Below are positions 20,372 through 29,486 of a stretch of DNA of 45,506 nt, piece by piece. The stretch covers positions 1 through 45,506 of the forward strand of contig JAVHPR010000218.1 in the NCBI GenBank assembly GCA_036170695.1, read 5' to 3'. Within the stretch, counting starts at the first letter, position 1, and each line of letters begins with the position of its first letter. The notes beneath the pieces are model-generated. The model was not told the DNA's origin. It made no database searches and worked only from the letters and a program-made list of their open reading frames with translations. The position numbers were made by a program, and so were the translations under genes. This DNA is from Bacteroidia bacterium. Its GTDB lineage: Bacteria; Bacteroidota; Bacteroidia; 2-12-FULL-35-15.

Positions 20372-20415
20372 AAAATTGTTTTTACAAAATTGTTTTTTAC
20401 AAAATTGTTTTTTAC
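20372..20415. repeat. Three tandem 14-15-bp direct repeats in a divergent promoter region
   Basis: aaaattgtttttac | aaaattgttttttac | aaaattgttttttac, then a partial atttg. Confidence 0.9.
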
Positions 20416-20562
20416 ATTTGATTTAGTAAATTTAAAACAGAAATAAAAAAAGGAACGACTTTTTGACTTTATTAAAATAATTAGTGCCTAAAATATACTT
20501 GTCCTTTCAAAGAAAATCCCAATCTAAATAATTTAAACACCAACCCAACAATCCCGACGAAC

Positions 20563-22887
20563 ATGATGAATAAATTCAAAACAGCTATACTGTCAATTAT
20601 TTTATTGTGCACAGCTATGTTTTCAAACAGTGTTGCACAACAATTAAAAATGAATCCGATTTCAAAAGGAACACCAATCAGCAAAAGAGTTAGCAGCAAG
20701 GTTTCTTTAGGGGCAAGCCAAAGTTCTGTCCAAACAGGATCCACTCAATCAAATTTAAAATCCTGCGCAACAGATGTTCTGATGCAAAAATATATTACAG
20801 ACAATCATCTGGAAGCTGTTTATGCACAGGAAAAATTAAATAAGCAAAACACCTCTTCAATACCAGATAATAATAAAACGATAAAAACAATTCCTGTTGT
20901 TTTTCATGTCGTTTATAATCCTAATATTCCTGCATCAGCTCAGGTGAATACGAAAATATCAACGGCGGTAATCAACAGCATGATTGCCAGATTAAATGAT
21001 GATTACAGCAAAAGCACGACCACCGGAGTGCGCAGTGCATTTCAAGGTCTTATTGCGAATACCAATATTCAATTTTGTTTAGCAAACAAAGATGAAAATA
21101 GTGCTGCAACAACTGGTATTGTTAGAAAAACAACTACTCAATCTTATTTTGACGAAAGTTCTTCGTCAAGTGTTAATGGGTCAGATGCAATGAAAACAAC
21201 TGCTAATGGCAGTTTGGGGTGGAACCATTTAAAATATGTAAATATCTGGCTTTGTGATATTACTAATAATATGAATCTTTGTTCAACAGGCTGTACTGTC
21301 GGATATGCATATTTAGGGACAACCAGCCAGAGCACTCTTCCTAATATTCAGGGCGGAATAATGATTGACGGTATTGTTTTAGATTACAATATGGGCGTTT
21401 TTGAAAATGCCGGAACGGCTGATTTAACCATATCCAAATCAATATCTCATGAGATGGGACATTACCTTGGGTTGGAACATACCTTTGGTACCAATTCAAA
21501 TGCCTGCAATCTTAGCAATGACGACGGTTTTAGTGATACTCCTCCAATCAAAGGGCCTTTCCAGAATTTTTATTGGTGTTCAGGGTCAAGTGCTGTTCAG
21601 TCCTGTTCACCACCCACCTTATGGCAATATGAAAACATTATGGACTATACCGATTGCTTTGTAATGTTTACTACTATGCAGTCGGCTTATATGAATAACG
21701 TATTAACAAATGGTCGTTATGGATTAACAAACTGGCAGGCTACCGCTTGTACTCCTTTAATTCCGGTTACCCCTGTTGCTTCTTTCACAGGTTGCAATAG
21801 CAGTGTTTCTCAAAACGCAACGGTATCATTCACAAGTACTACTACAAATTCCCCAACATCATGGTCCTGGTCAATCGCCCCATCAACGGGTGTAAGTTAT
21901 GTAAACAGCACTACTTCCACTTCAGAAAATCCAAAAGTTACTTTTGCTAATACAGGGACTTATTCTGTAGCATTAACCGCTACAAATACTGCGGGCAGCA
22001 ATACTTCCACCAGTTCAAGTTGTATTACTGTGGTTGCCGGAAATCCGGGTGGAGGATGCGATACCCTTCTTAATATTACTTCAGATGATACTTTAGCCAT
22101 TTATAATACTAGTAACTGGGGGTACGTTACCGGAATGAATGGGTACGCAGATGAAGCAAAAGCTGAAAAATTCTCAAGTTCAACTTACACTGCGGGTAAC
22201 CTGATATATGGAGCATATGTTTATTTTTATCAATATTCCTATGCAAACGCTGCTTCAAATGTAAAAGTAAAAGTTTGGAATTCTTCAGGAACAGGTAGCT
22301 CACCAGGAGCAACCGCCCTGGCAACAAAAAATCTCCTATTAAATTCAATACCAAGTACAGGAAACTTTCCAGGGTTGGCTTATGTACCATTTTTATCTCC
22401 TGTGGCTGTTTCCGGCGATTTCTTTGTAGGAGTGGAATTCTCTAATCCTTATGTAAATGGTGATACCGTTGGTATTATTTCTAACCGTATAGGTAATACG
22501 CCTGCACCAGGAACTGCTTGGGAAAAATATGGCGGGTCATGGTATTCAATTGATGCCGACTGGGGAATTGACATTTCTCTTTATATAACTCCAGTGTTAT
22601 GTCCGATTACAACGGCTATCGATCACTCTATAGATATTGACGATTTCTCTATTTATCCTAACCCGTCAAGTGGTACAATTTCTGTAATGATAGGCCTGAA
22701 CAGAGATTCGAATATAAAAATAAATATTTTCAATACACTCGGACAAATGGTGAAGTCGGCAGATATGAAATCCGGATATGGCGGGAAAGTGGACTTTGAT
22801 TTGTCAAACAATAAAAATGGAGTTTATTTTATTGAGGTGAAAACAAAATCATCGGTAGTAACAAAACGCTTGATTTTAAATAAATAA
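20563..22887 (+). CDS. Secreted zinc metalloprotease (M43/pappalysin-like) with a PKD domain and a type A T9SS C-terminal sorting domain
   Basis: Signal peptide; HEMGHYLGLEHTF (HExxHxxGxxH); a PKD-like segment SWSWSIAPSTG...GTYSVALTATN; C-terminal FSIYPNPSSGTISV...GVYFIEVKTKSSVVTKRLILNK. Confidence 0.85.
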   Translation: MMNKFKTAILSIILLCTAMFSNSVAQQLKMNPISKGTPISKRVSSKVSLGASQSSVQTGSTQSNLKSCATDVLMQKYITDNHLEAVYAQEKLNKQNTSSIPDNNKTIKTIPVVFHVVYNPNIPASAQVNTKISTAVINSMIARLNDDYSKSTTTGVRSAFQGLIANTNIQFCLANKDENSAATTGIVRKTTTQSYFDESSSSSVNGSDAMKTTANGSLGWNHLKYVNIWLCDITNNMNLCSTGCTVGYAYLGTTSQSTLPNIQGGIMIDGIVLDYNMGVFENAGTADLTISKSISHEMGHYLGLEHTFGTNSNACNLSNDDGFSDTPPIKGPFQNFYWCSGSSAVQSCSPPTLWQYENIMDYTDCFVMFTTMQSAYMNNVLTNGRYGLTNWQATACTPLIPVTPVASFTGCNSSVSQNATVSFTSTTTNSPTSWSWSIAPSTGVSYVNSTTSTSENPKVTFANTGTYSVALTATNTAGSNTSTSSSCITVVAGNPGGGCDTLLNITSDDTLAIYNTSNWGYVTGMNGYADEAKAEKFSSSTYTAGNLIYGAYVYFYQYSYANAASNVKVKVWNSSGTGSSPGATALATKNLLLNSIPSTGNFPGLAYVPFLSPVAVSGDFFVGVEFSNPYVNGDTVGIISNRIGNTPAPGTAWEKYGGSWYSIDADWGIDISLYITPVLCPITTAIDHSIDIDDFSIYPNPSSGTISVMIGLNRDSNIKINIFNTLGQMVKSADMKSGYGGKVDFDLSNNKNGVYFIEVKTKSSVVTKRLILNK

Positions 22888-23105
22888 TTTTTACGAGGTG
22901 CTGCAAATAATATCTAAAACGTTTTCTTTGCATTTTTTGCAGGAGAGCGGTGATGGTATGGGAAAATAACAACCACAGTATGTGGATAATGTAAAAAAAT
23001 GTTTTCTTTGTTAAAGTAAAATCTTGGTATCAATTAAATTTGTAATTTTAAGGTATAATCTGGTTATTTTAATTTTTTACCCATAATGAATTAATCCATA
23101 GCAAA

Positions 23106-23615
23106 ATGTCAAAAGTTAATACTATTTTTATTGTTGATGATGATGCAACGCAATCCATGATGTTGAAAGATCATCTGAGTAAGTTTCCGGCATTTACGTT
23201 ACATGTTTTTAATTCAGGTGAAGAATGCCTTAAAAACCTTGATCTGAACCCTCAAATCATTTTTCTTGACTATAATTTTGATTTACCAAATGCAATGAAT
23301 GGTATTGATGTTCTAAAAAAGATAAAAGAGAAGAAACCGGAAACAGAAGTTATCATGTTTAGTGGGCAGGATAAAATTCAGGTGGCTGTAAACATCATGA
23401 AATATGGAGCTTTCGATTATATCGTAAAAAGCGAAAGCTCGTTTCTTCGTTCGGAACGTGTCATTTTTAATATTATTAAAAGTTTGAAGTTAGAAGGGGA
23501 GAGGAAGTTATATAAAAACCTTACCTATGGCTTAGCAGCTGCTATGATATGTTTGTTTATCATTCTGGCTATTGTCTTTAAAATGGGCTATATTGCAACA
23601 TATCCTTCGTCGTAA
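23106..23615 (+). CDS. Single-domain response-regulator receiver with a C-terminal transmembrane anchor
   Basis: IFIVDDDA, FLDYNF (phospho-acceptor Asp), MFSGQ and DYIVK, then the hydrophobic helix LTYGLAAAMICLFIILAIVFKMGYI. Confidence 0.75.
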   Translation: MSKVNTIFIVDDDATQSMMLKDHLSKFPAFTLHVFNSGEECLKNLDLNPQIIFLDYNFDLPNAMNGIDVLKKIKEKKPETEVIMFSGQDKIQVAVNIMKYGAFDYIVKSESSFLRSERVIFNIIKSLKLEGERKLYKNLTYGLAAAMICLFIILAIVFKMGYIATYPSS

Positions 23616-23721
23616 TACTTCGTGTAAAACTTACTCCTTCCTTTGTTTATTCGCTGTTATTTCTTTAAGAAGAAAACTGTGGTGATCGGAAATTCGCTCG
23701 TATGCAACTATTACAGGTGGG

Positions 23722-24066
23722 TTATTTTATTGCGATTGTATTAGCGGACAAATCTGTGTTTTCTTGCAATCTTGCATATTCAGATAAGTTATTTACGGTG
23801 CTAAAATTATTGGTAGCTGGTAAATCTATGCCGGAATTCTCTGAATTATTTTGATTTATTATTTTATTCTCAACAGGTAAAACAGTTGCTTTTGGAGCTG
23901 CAGGAGTAAAGGGGCAATTGTGTATTTTCAGTATTGCAACAGGATTAACCATGGGGATTATTCTGATACCACTAAAACGGGCTTTTTGTGAATCCTGTGA
24001 AAAACATGATGTAGAAAACAGCAGTGAAGCTACAATCAACAAGCAAATATTTTTTATCGTTTTCAT
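23722..24066 (-). CDS. Small secreted protein, function unknown
   Basis: 114-aa ORF with signal peptide MKTIKNICLLIVASLLFSTSCFS. No recognisable domain. Confidence 0.5.
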   Translation of the reverse strand: MKTIKNICLLIVASLLFSTSCFSQDSQKARFSGIRIIPMVNPVAILKIHNCPFTPAAPKATVLPVENKIINQNNSENSGIDLPATNNFSTVNNLSEYARLQENTDLSANTIAIK

Positions 24067-24204
24067 TCTGATTTATTTTATTATTCTTTACCTGTTACAA
24101 ATGTCAGCAAGTAAAAAAGAATACTAAAATCATAATGCAAAAAAAAATATCATATGTAAGATTTTTCGTGTTTTTATATGTTTTTAATTTTATACAAAAT
24201 AAAA

Positions 24205-24241
24205 AAAATCCCGTCTTGCAAATCTTGCAGAACGGGATTTT
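24205..24241 (-). terminator. Rho-independent terminator of the TPR lipoprotein gene
   Basis: aaaatcccgt (24205-24214) / acgggatttt (24232-24241), flanked by an A-run and a T-run, 24 nt downstream of the stop at 24265. Confidence 0.6.
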
Positions 24242-24264
24242 TTATGTTTAAATGAATTTTGTTT

Positions 24265-25992
24265 TTAGTTCACCATTGCTTTAAAATCAGCATTATCGCG
24301 GAATTTAATAAATTCGGCATCATCTTTTGCCATTGCTTTGAATGAAGCATCTTTTTGAATAGCAGCTTTTAAATTATTAGTCAATACGTCGGCTTTGTTT
24401 TGGCGGGCACCGGCAATTGCTTTTAAGTAAAAAGAGAGAGCGGCATCTTTTTCAGTTGAACTATCAAGTGTTGACATCGCGCCTTCAGTATTTTTGTTCA
24501 TCAATTTTGCTAAAGCAGAGTTGAAGGTGTTATAACTGCCAAAATCAGAAACAGCAGCTGCATAGTTGCCATTTTGTATCTCGATAATTCCCATATTGTA
24601 AGTTGCTTCAGGACTTGCAGCTGATTTATATAGCGTCATTGCTCCAGCGCGATCGCCTTTCCAATGTGCAACAATACCAAGGTTGTTTTCGATAATAGCA
24701 TTATGAGCTGATAGTGCGTTAGCTTTTTTTAAATGAGTTTCAGCGTCGTTTAATTTATTTTGCATTAAATAAATATATCCAACATTATTGGATGTTCTCC
24801 AGTCGTTAGGATATTTTGCTTCTGCTTTTTTGTAGATATCCAATTTAGCATTTATATCAGTTGTTAAAGTGGCAGCGTAAAGGATTTCTTCTACGGATAA
24901 GCTGTCGGCGGATATGGCTGCCAATGCTTTAATTTGTTCATCTGTGCGGCTTTTTTCGTCTGCATTAAGCGTGAGGACAGCTCTGCGCAATTTTGGTAAA
25001 ATTTTATCAGCTACTTCTGTGTATGTTTTTGATAAATTTTTAATTTCTTTTTCGCGTGTATCTCCGTCAGGGTACATCGTTAAAACGCGTAAAATTAATT
25101 CTTTGTCGGCAATAGTAGAAGCCTCCATTGCTTTTTTGAAACCATCCCAATCCTCGGCTGTAGTTACTTTATTGTAAAATGTTTCTGCAGTAGCCATATC
25201 CAGTTTCATTTTTTTATCTTTGAACATTGACATCATTGCTTTAGTAGCCTCTTTAGCACGATTTTCTGCAAGGTTGCTATTTAAAGTTAATTCGCCATCC
25301 GGTGAAGCGTATGCCGAAATATTCATGTTTTTGAAAGCAAATGATTTTGTGATACCGTTAATTATAAAGTCTTTAAATGCTTTCATTTCATTGCTGGTCA
25401 TTTCGGCCGTACGAACCTGAGATTCATTTACCACAAAGAAAATGTTTGCTGTTTGTGAGCGTGGAATGGTTTTTATGAAATTATCTTTCGCCATTAAAGC
25501 TTTTTCATCATTTTTTACCAACAAAGAAGTAGCTATTGTTCCATCAGCAACTTTTTTTGCAGGTAAATCTTTTACTTTTTTCTTAACCTGTCCGGCTACT
25601 CGTACCTCCAAAGTGGCAACCTTCATTTCTGGCGTATAGGCAATTTTTTCGGATTTGTAAGAGAAACTGCCGCCTTTAACATTAGTAATTTTCTGTCCGG
25701 CTCCTTCTACTTTTTCTCCTATCAATACAACCGGTTTAAATGCTTTTTCACCACCATTGAATTTAATTACAGGTATAGTTGTTACAACAGCCTTTTTAGG
25801 AAATATTTTCTCAGGGTATGTTCCGTTAATACTTACAGAAACGCTATCGTTATTCATTTCCATAGGGTCTGGAGTTACTACGTAAGTGATTTTGTCGGCG
25901 TTTTTAACTAATTTGGCAAGCCCATCGCAAGAAGTGAACCCGACAGTGGCAATTAATGCTAAACCAAGTGTTTGTAATGATTTATTTTTCAT
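24265..25992 (-). CDS. TPR-repeat lipoprotein
   Basis: Lipobox GFTSC. The C-terminal half has TPR-like repeats (NNVGYIYLMQNKLNDAETHLKKA..., NNLGIVAHWKGDRAGAMTLYKSA...). A central segment, ISAYASPDGELTLNSNLAENRAKE, is weakly OmpA-like. Confidence 0.8.
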   Translation of the reverse strand: MKNKSLQTLGLALIATVGFTSCDGLAKLVKNADKITYVVTPDPMEMNNDSVSVSINGTYPEKIFPKKAVVTTIPVIKFNGGEKAFKPVVLIGEKVEGAGQKITNVKGGSFSYKSEKIAYTPEMKVATLEVRVAGQVKKKVKDLPAKKVADGTIATSLLVKNDEKALMAKDNFIKTIPRSQTANIFFVVNESQVRTAEMTSNEMKAFKDFIINGITKSFAFKNMNISAYASPDGELTLNSNLAENRAKEATKAMMSMFKDKKMKLDMATAETFYNKVTTAEDWDGFKKAMEASTIADKELILRVLTMYPDGDTREKEIKNLSKTYTEVADKILPKLRRAVLTLNADEKSRTDEQIKALAAISADSLSVEEILYAATLTTDINAKLDIYKKAEAKYPNDWRTSNNVGYIYLMQNKLNDAETHLKKANALSAHNAIIENNLGIVAHWKGDRAGAMTLYKSAASPEATYNMGIIEIQNGNYAAAVSDFGSYNTFNSALAKLMNKNTEGAMSTLDSSTEKDAALSFYLKAIAGARQNKADVLTNNLKAAIQKDASFKAMAKDDAEFIKFRDNADFKAMVN

Positions 25993-26044
25993 TTTATTTT
26001 GTTCTTTAGGAATATTTTTTCAGTGAAATTTTCAATTGGTGGCG

Positions 26045-26052
26045 CAAAAATA
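26045..26052 (-). promoter_or_regulatory. -7 promoter box (TAnnTTTG)
   Basis: The plus strand reads caaaaata, which is TATTTTTG on the minus strand, 53 nt upstream of ATG 25992. Confidence 0.35.
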
Positions 26053-26131
26053 ATTAAAAATTCAACTAATTTGGTTTTTTATGAGATTAAAATTCAATTA
26101 ATTTTAAAACAGAAAACAAACTATAAATTAT

Positions 26132-26767
26132 TTATGCCGTTATCCTTGTTATACCTTGGTTGTAAGGCTGATTAATGATTTTTATCATTTGATTATAGTC
26201 TTCAATTTTGTTCGCAAAATCAATTTTGTTTACATCTACCACCAAAACACGTAAATCTTTTAATTGTTTTATAAAGTCGAAATAGGTGGTTTGTATCTTT
26301 ATCAGGTAATCATCGGGGATTTTTTGCTCATAACTTCTTCCGCGTTTTTTGATGTTTTCCTGCAAGCGTTCAACATCATGATAGAGATAGACAAACAAAT
26401 CAGGTTTGGGCAACGAACCGTTGATGATATGAAAAAGTTTGGAATATAGCCCAAATTCGTCAATTCCTAAATTAGCTTTGGCAAATATCAGGGATTTTAA
26501 AAAATAATAATCTGAAACAATACCAGGTTGGAATAGGTCTTGCCTGTTGAGCTCATTCTTCAATTGTTGATACCTTTCGGCCAAAAATGAAAGTTCAAGA
26601 GGGAAAGCATGTTTTTCAGGATCCTTGTAAAATTTTGGTAAAAAAGGATTATCTGCAAATTGCTCTAAAATCAAGCGGGCATTAAAATCAGCGGCAAGTT
26701 TTTTTGCAAGTGTAGTTTTACCTGCCCCGATATTCCCTTCAATAGCTATAAAATTATAAACACTCAA
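26132..26767 (-). CDS. Deoxynucleoside kinase (dCK/dGK family)
   Basis: P-loop IAIEGNIGAGKTTLAKKLA; 211 aa, typical of the family. Confidence 0.88.
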   Translation of the reverse strand: MSVYNFIAIEGNIGAGKTTLAKKLAADFNARLILEQFADNPFLPKFYKDPEKHAFPLELSFLAERYQQLKNELNRQDLFQPGIVSDYYFLKSLIFAKANLGIDEFGLYSKLFHIINGSLPKPDLFVYLYHDVERLQENIKKRGRSYEQKIPDDYLIKIQTTYFDFIKQLKDLRVLVVDVNKIDFANKIEDYNQMIKIINQPYNQGITRITA

Positions 26768-26850
26768 AGTTCTTTTTATTTAATTTAAAGTTCAATTTAT
26801 AAAACTACGATACACTTTTTGCTATTTTGCTGCTATACTTTAAAAAATAT

Positions 26851-27014
26851 GGAACGCTGATAACGCTGATTGTTATGATTCAAAAGGATTTTTATCTGTT
26901 TTTCAGCATAAATTTATGGCTAAAAAAGATTTTATTTTATCTGTGTTCATCAGCTTTCGCACTGTCTCGCTCATCCTGCCACAGGCAGTATGCCGTCTGC
27001 GTTATCAGCGTTCC
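26851..27014. repeat. 164-bp element with perfect 16-bp terminal inverted repeats
   Basis: ggaacgctgataacgc (26851-26866) / gcgttatcagcgttcc (26999-27014), with an internal hairpin ctgcc-aca-ggcag. It lies between folK and the kinase gene. Confidence 0.6.
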
Positions 27015-27052
27015 AATTACTTTTTGTAAAGTAGTTTGCAAAGGTATAAAGT

Positions 27053-27556
27053 TTAAAGTCCGGCTTTCGAACTTTTCAATTTTCTAACTTCTAAATTATC
27101 ATGACATTCTGAAAGTAATGTTTTAATGTTTTTTTTTAATACCGGATGAACCAACATTGGCGCCACTTGTGCCATCGGAATCAATACGAATTTACGTTCC
27201 TGAATCAAAGGGTGTGGTATTTTTAAATCAATGGTGTTGATAACAGCATCATTATAAAACAAAATATCAATATCCATAGTTCGTTCCATCCATTTTTTTT
27301 CACTTCGTATACGACCTAATTTTTGTTCGATGGCTATTGTTTTTTTTAGTAATTCAGGCGGCAACAATAGTGTTTGAAGACAGATAACCTGATTTAAAAA
27401 ATCTGGCTGATTGGTATTGCCCCATGCCGATGTAACATAAACAGCTGATTTTTTTGCAATTATTCCGGCATTATCCGTAATTAATTGAAGCGCATCTTCC
27501 AGGTTTTGCAGCCTGTTGCCTTTGTTTCCCCCTAATATCAGGTATGCCGTATTCAT
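27053..27556 (-). CDS. folK: 2-amino-4-hydroxy-6-hydroxymethyldihydropteridine diphosphokinase
   Basis: AYLILGGN..., ERTMDIDILFY and LKIPHPLIQERKFVLIP motifs. Confidence 0.88.
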   Translation of the reverse strand: MNTAYLILGGNKGNRLQNLEDALQLITDNAGIIAKKSAVYVTSAWGNTNQPDFLNQVICLQTLLLPPELLKKTIAIEQKLGRIRSEKKWMERTMDIDILFYNDAVINTIDLKIPHPLIQERKFVLIPMAQVAPMLVHPVLKKNIKTLLSECHDNLEVRKLKSSKAGL

Positions 27557-27561
27557 TTTGG

Positions 27562-27569
27562 CAAAGATA
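27562..27569 (-). promoter_or_regulatory. -7 promoter box (TAnnTTTG) almost abutting the folK ATG (possible leaderless mRNA)
   Basis: The plus strand reads caaagata, which is TATCTTTG on the minus strand, with 5 nt between the box and the start codon. Confidence 0.3.
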
Positions 27570-27615
27570 TAAAAATTGTTATTGATTTATTGAATTGTAA
27601 AACGTTGTCAATAAT

Positions 27616-27783
27616 TTTTGCCATGAATAACAGATTACACAGTTTTCTGGTTCCATAAAATGAATACCCCCGAGGCAGAGTCTTGAGGAATTCAAAGGAT
27701 TAAACATAATTTATTTTTTAAAAAAATTATCTGTGTAATCTGCGGCAAAATTGAACCAGAGTGATGCTGTTTAATTCCTTTGA
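27616..27783. repeat. Two interleaved inverted-repeat pairs
   Basis: Pair A: ttttgcc..cagattacacag (27616-27642) / ctgtgtaatctgcggcaaaa (27731-27750). Pair B: tcaaaggattaaaca (27692-27706) / tgtttaattcctttga (27768-27783). The order is A-B-A'-B'. Confidence 0.55.
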
Positions 27784-27833
27784 TTTATCCAACAAAAAAA
27801 TCCAATATTCAAAAAATCTAAAATTATTAACGG

Positions 27834-27841
27834 TACATTTG
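27834..27841 (+). promoter_or_regulatory. -7 promoter box (TAnnTTTG)
   Basis: TACATTTG lies 25 nt upstream of ATG 27866 and inside the GTG-initiated extension of the ORF track. Confidence 0.4.
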
Positions 27842-27865
27842 CCCATTAATAAATATCATTCTAAA

Positions 27866-29110
27866 ATGATTTTTTTCGGTTTGTTTAAGGAAAGTATTTT
27901 GTTTGCTGTTAATGCTTTAGCGGTAAATAAATTACGGACCTTTCTTTCTTTATTAGGGATTACCATTGGTATTTTTGCCATAATAACGGTATTTACCGTG
28001 GTTGATTCGCTGGAGCAAAATCTTAGGAAAAGTGTGCAGAGTCTAGGCGATGATGTTGTTTTTGTTGAAAAGTGGCCATGGACTTTTGAAGGAACTTATC
28101 CCTGGTGGAAATACATGAATCGTCCTTTGCCGCAATACAAGGAGCTGGATGAAATTCTGCAAAAATGCAATGGCGCGCAATCTGCGGCATTTCTGGTCAG
28201 CACTCAGATAACCATCAAACATAAAAGCAATAGCATTGAAAATGTTACCATTATTTGTGCTTCCCATCAATATGAAAAAGTAAAGAATTTTGAGATAGCA
28301 GATGGCCGGTATTTTACTGAAATTGAATCCTCTTCCGGTCGCCCTGTGGCTGTTATTGGCGATGTGCTCGCGAAAGCTTTGTTCCCCACAGAAGACCCTT
28401 TGGGGCAAGTAATAAAATTAAATGGTGCCAGAGTAACGGTGATTGGGGTTTTTAAAAAAGAAGGGGAAAGTATTTTGGGAGGTACCCCGGATACTCAGGT
28501 TCTTGTTCCTGTCAACTATGCCCGTAGTTTGATTGACGTTGGAGATGAAGATTTGCAGCCACAAATAATGGTAAGGGCAAAAACAGGCATCAGTAATGAT
28601 GAATTAATAGCTGAACTCACCGGATTGATGCGTTCGATGCATAAGTTAAAGCCTTTGGTGGAAGATAATTTTGCATTGAACCAAACCAGCTTAATCTCAA
28701 AAGAGTTTGATGGTTTGTTTGATATTGTCGGTTTGGCAGGTTGGATTATTGGAGGTTTTTCAATTCTGGTAGGAGGTTTTGGAATTGCCAATATCATGTT
28801 TGTGTCGGTGAAAGAACGGACTAATATTATCGGTATTCAAAAATCATTGGGAGCAAAAAATTATTTTATTTTATTGCAGTTTTTATTTGAATCCGTGTTT
28901 TTGTCTTTGATAGGAGGTATCGTAGGCTTGTTGGTTGTCTTCGCCATCACCCTGTTTGCAGGTGACTCATTCGGTATGGAAATCACATTGAGTAAATCAA
29001 ATATTATTTTGGGATTTACTATCTCCATTTTAATTGGGGTGGTTTCAGGATTCATTCCTGCGTATAGCGCATCACAACTCGACCCGGTAGAGGCTATTCG
29101 GGCGAATTAA
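27866..29110 (+). CDS. ABC transporter permease, FtsX/MacB-type
   Basis: N-terminal TM (LRTFLSLLGITIGIFAIITVF), a MacB-like periplasmic domain, and a C-terminal FtsX 3-TM bundle. The start is moved from GTG 27761 to ATG 27866. Confidence 0.85.
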   Translation: MIFFGLFKESILFAVNALAVNKLRTFLSLLGITIGIFAIITVFTVVDSLEQNLRKSVQSLGDDVVFVEKWPWTFEGTYPWWKYMNRPLPQYKELDEILQKCNGAQSAAFLVSTQITIKHKSNSIENVTIICASHQYEKVKNFEIADGRYFTEIESSSGRPVAVIGDVLAKALFPTEDPLGQVIKLNGARVTVIGVFKKEGESILGGTPDTQVLVPVNYARSLIDVGDEDLQPQIMVRAKTGISNDELIAELTGLMRSMHKLKPLVEDNFALNQTSLISKEFDGLFDIVGLAGWIIGGFSILVGGFGIANIMFVSVKERTNIIGIQKSLGAKNYFILLQFLFESVFLSLIGGIVGLLVVFAITLFAGDSFGMEITLSKSNIILGFTISILIGVVSGFIPAYSASQLDPVEAIRAN

Positions 29111-29125
29111 CAAATTTATAACCCA

Positions 29126-29470
29126 ATGGAATCCATCATCAGAAAACGCCCCAAATTACTTTCTCTAGTTTGTATTGCAGGATTTATTTGGATTGTATTC
29201 AGCTTTCCTGCCGTGTTTTCTCCAACTATAAAAAAACTTGGCGATTGGTATCCTGCGCTTTTTGGGTTAATTGTTGCTGTTAGTTTTATCTCTTATATTG
29301 GGGTATGGCACATGAAACGCTGGGGCGTGAGTTTGTTTATTATTGCTTTTTTTATTAAAGAAATAATTCTTATTCTTATTAATGATATAAATTACATAGG
29401 AATGGGTTTCTCCATTTCATTTATCATTATTATGCTGTTTTATTATAAGCGATTAGATGTGAATTTATAG
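29126..29470 (+). CDS. Small integral membrane protein, function unknown
   Basis: 114 aa and almost entirely hydrophobic (about 4 TM helices). It begins 16 nt after the permease gene. Confidence 0.55.
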   Translation: MESIIRKRPKLLSLVCIAGFIWIVFSFPAVFSPTIKKLGDWYPALFGLIVAVSFISYIGVWHMKRWGVSLFIIAFFIKEIILILINDINYIGMGFSISFIIIMLFYYKRLDVNL

Positions 29471-29486
29471 TAACCCTTGCCGGGAA

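Noticed and set aside
20481-20744. 87-aa minus-strand ORF overlapping the start of the M43 protease gene
   Set aside because: It is antisense to the signal-peptide region of a well-supported gene and is hydrophobic only as a mirror of that region.
26827-27087. 86-aa plus-strand ORF between the kinase gene and folK
   Set aside because: It spans the 164-bp inverted-repeat element and runs into the 3' end of folK on the opposite strand. It has no start context or recognisable features.
27761-27865. GTG-initiated 35-codon extension of the FtsX-type permease
   Set aside because: It overlaps repeat arm B' and a TAnnTTTG box (27834-27841). The first TM helix follows ATG 27866 directly.
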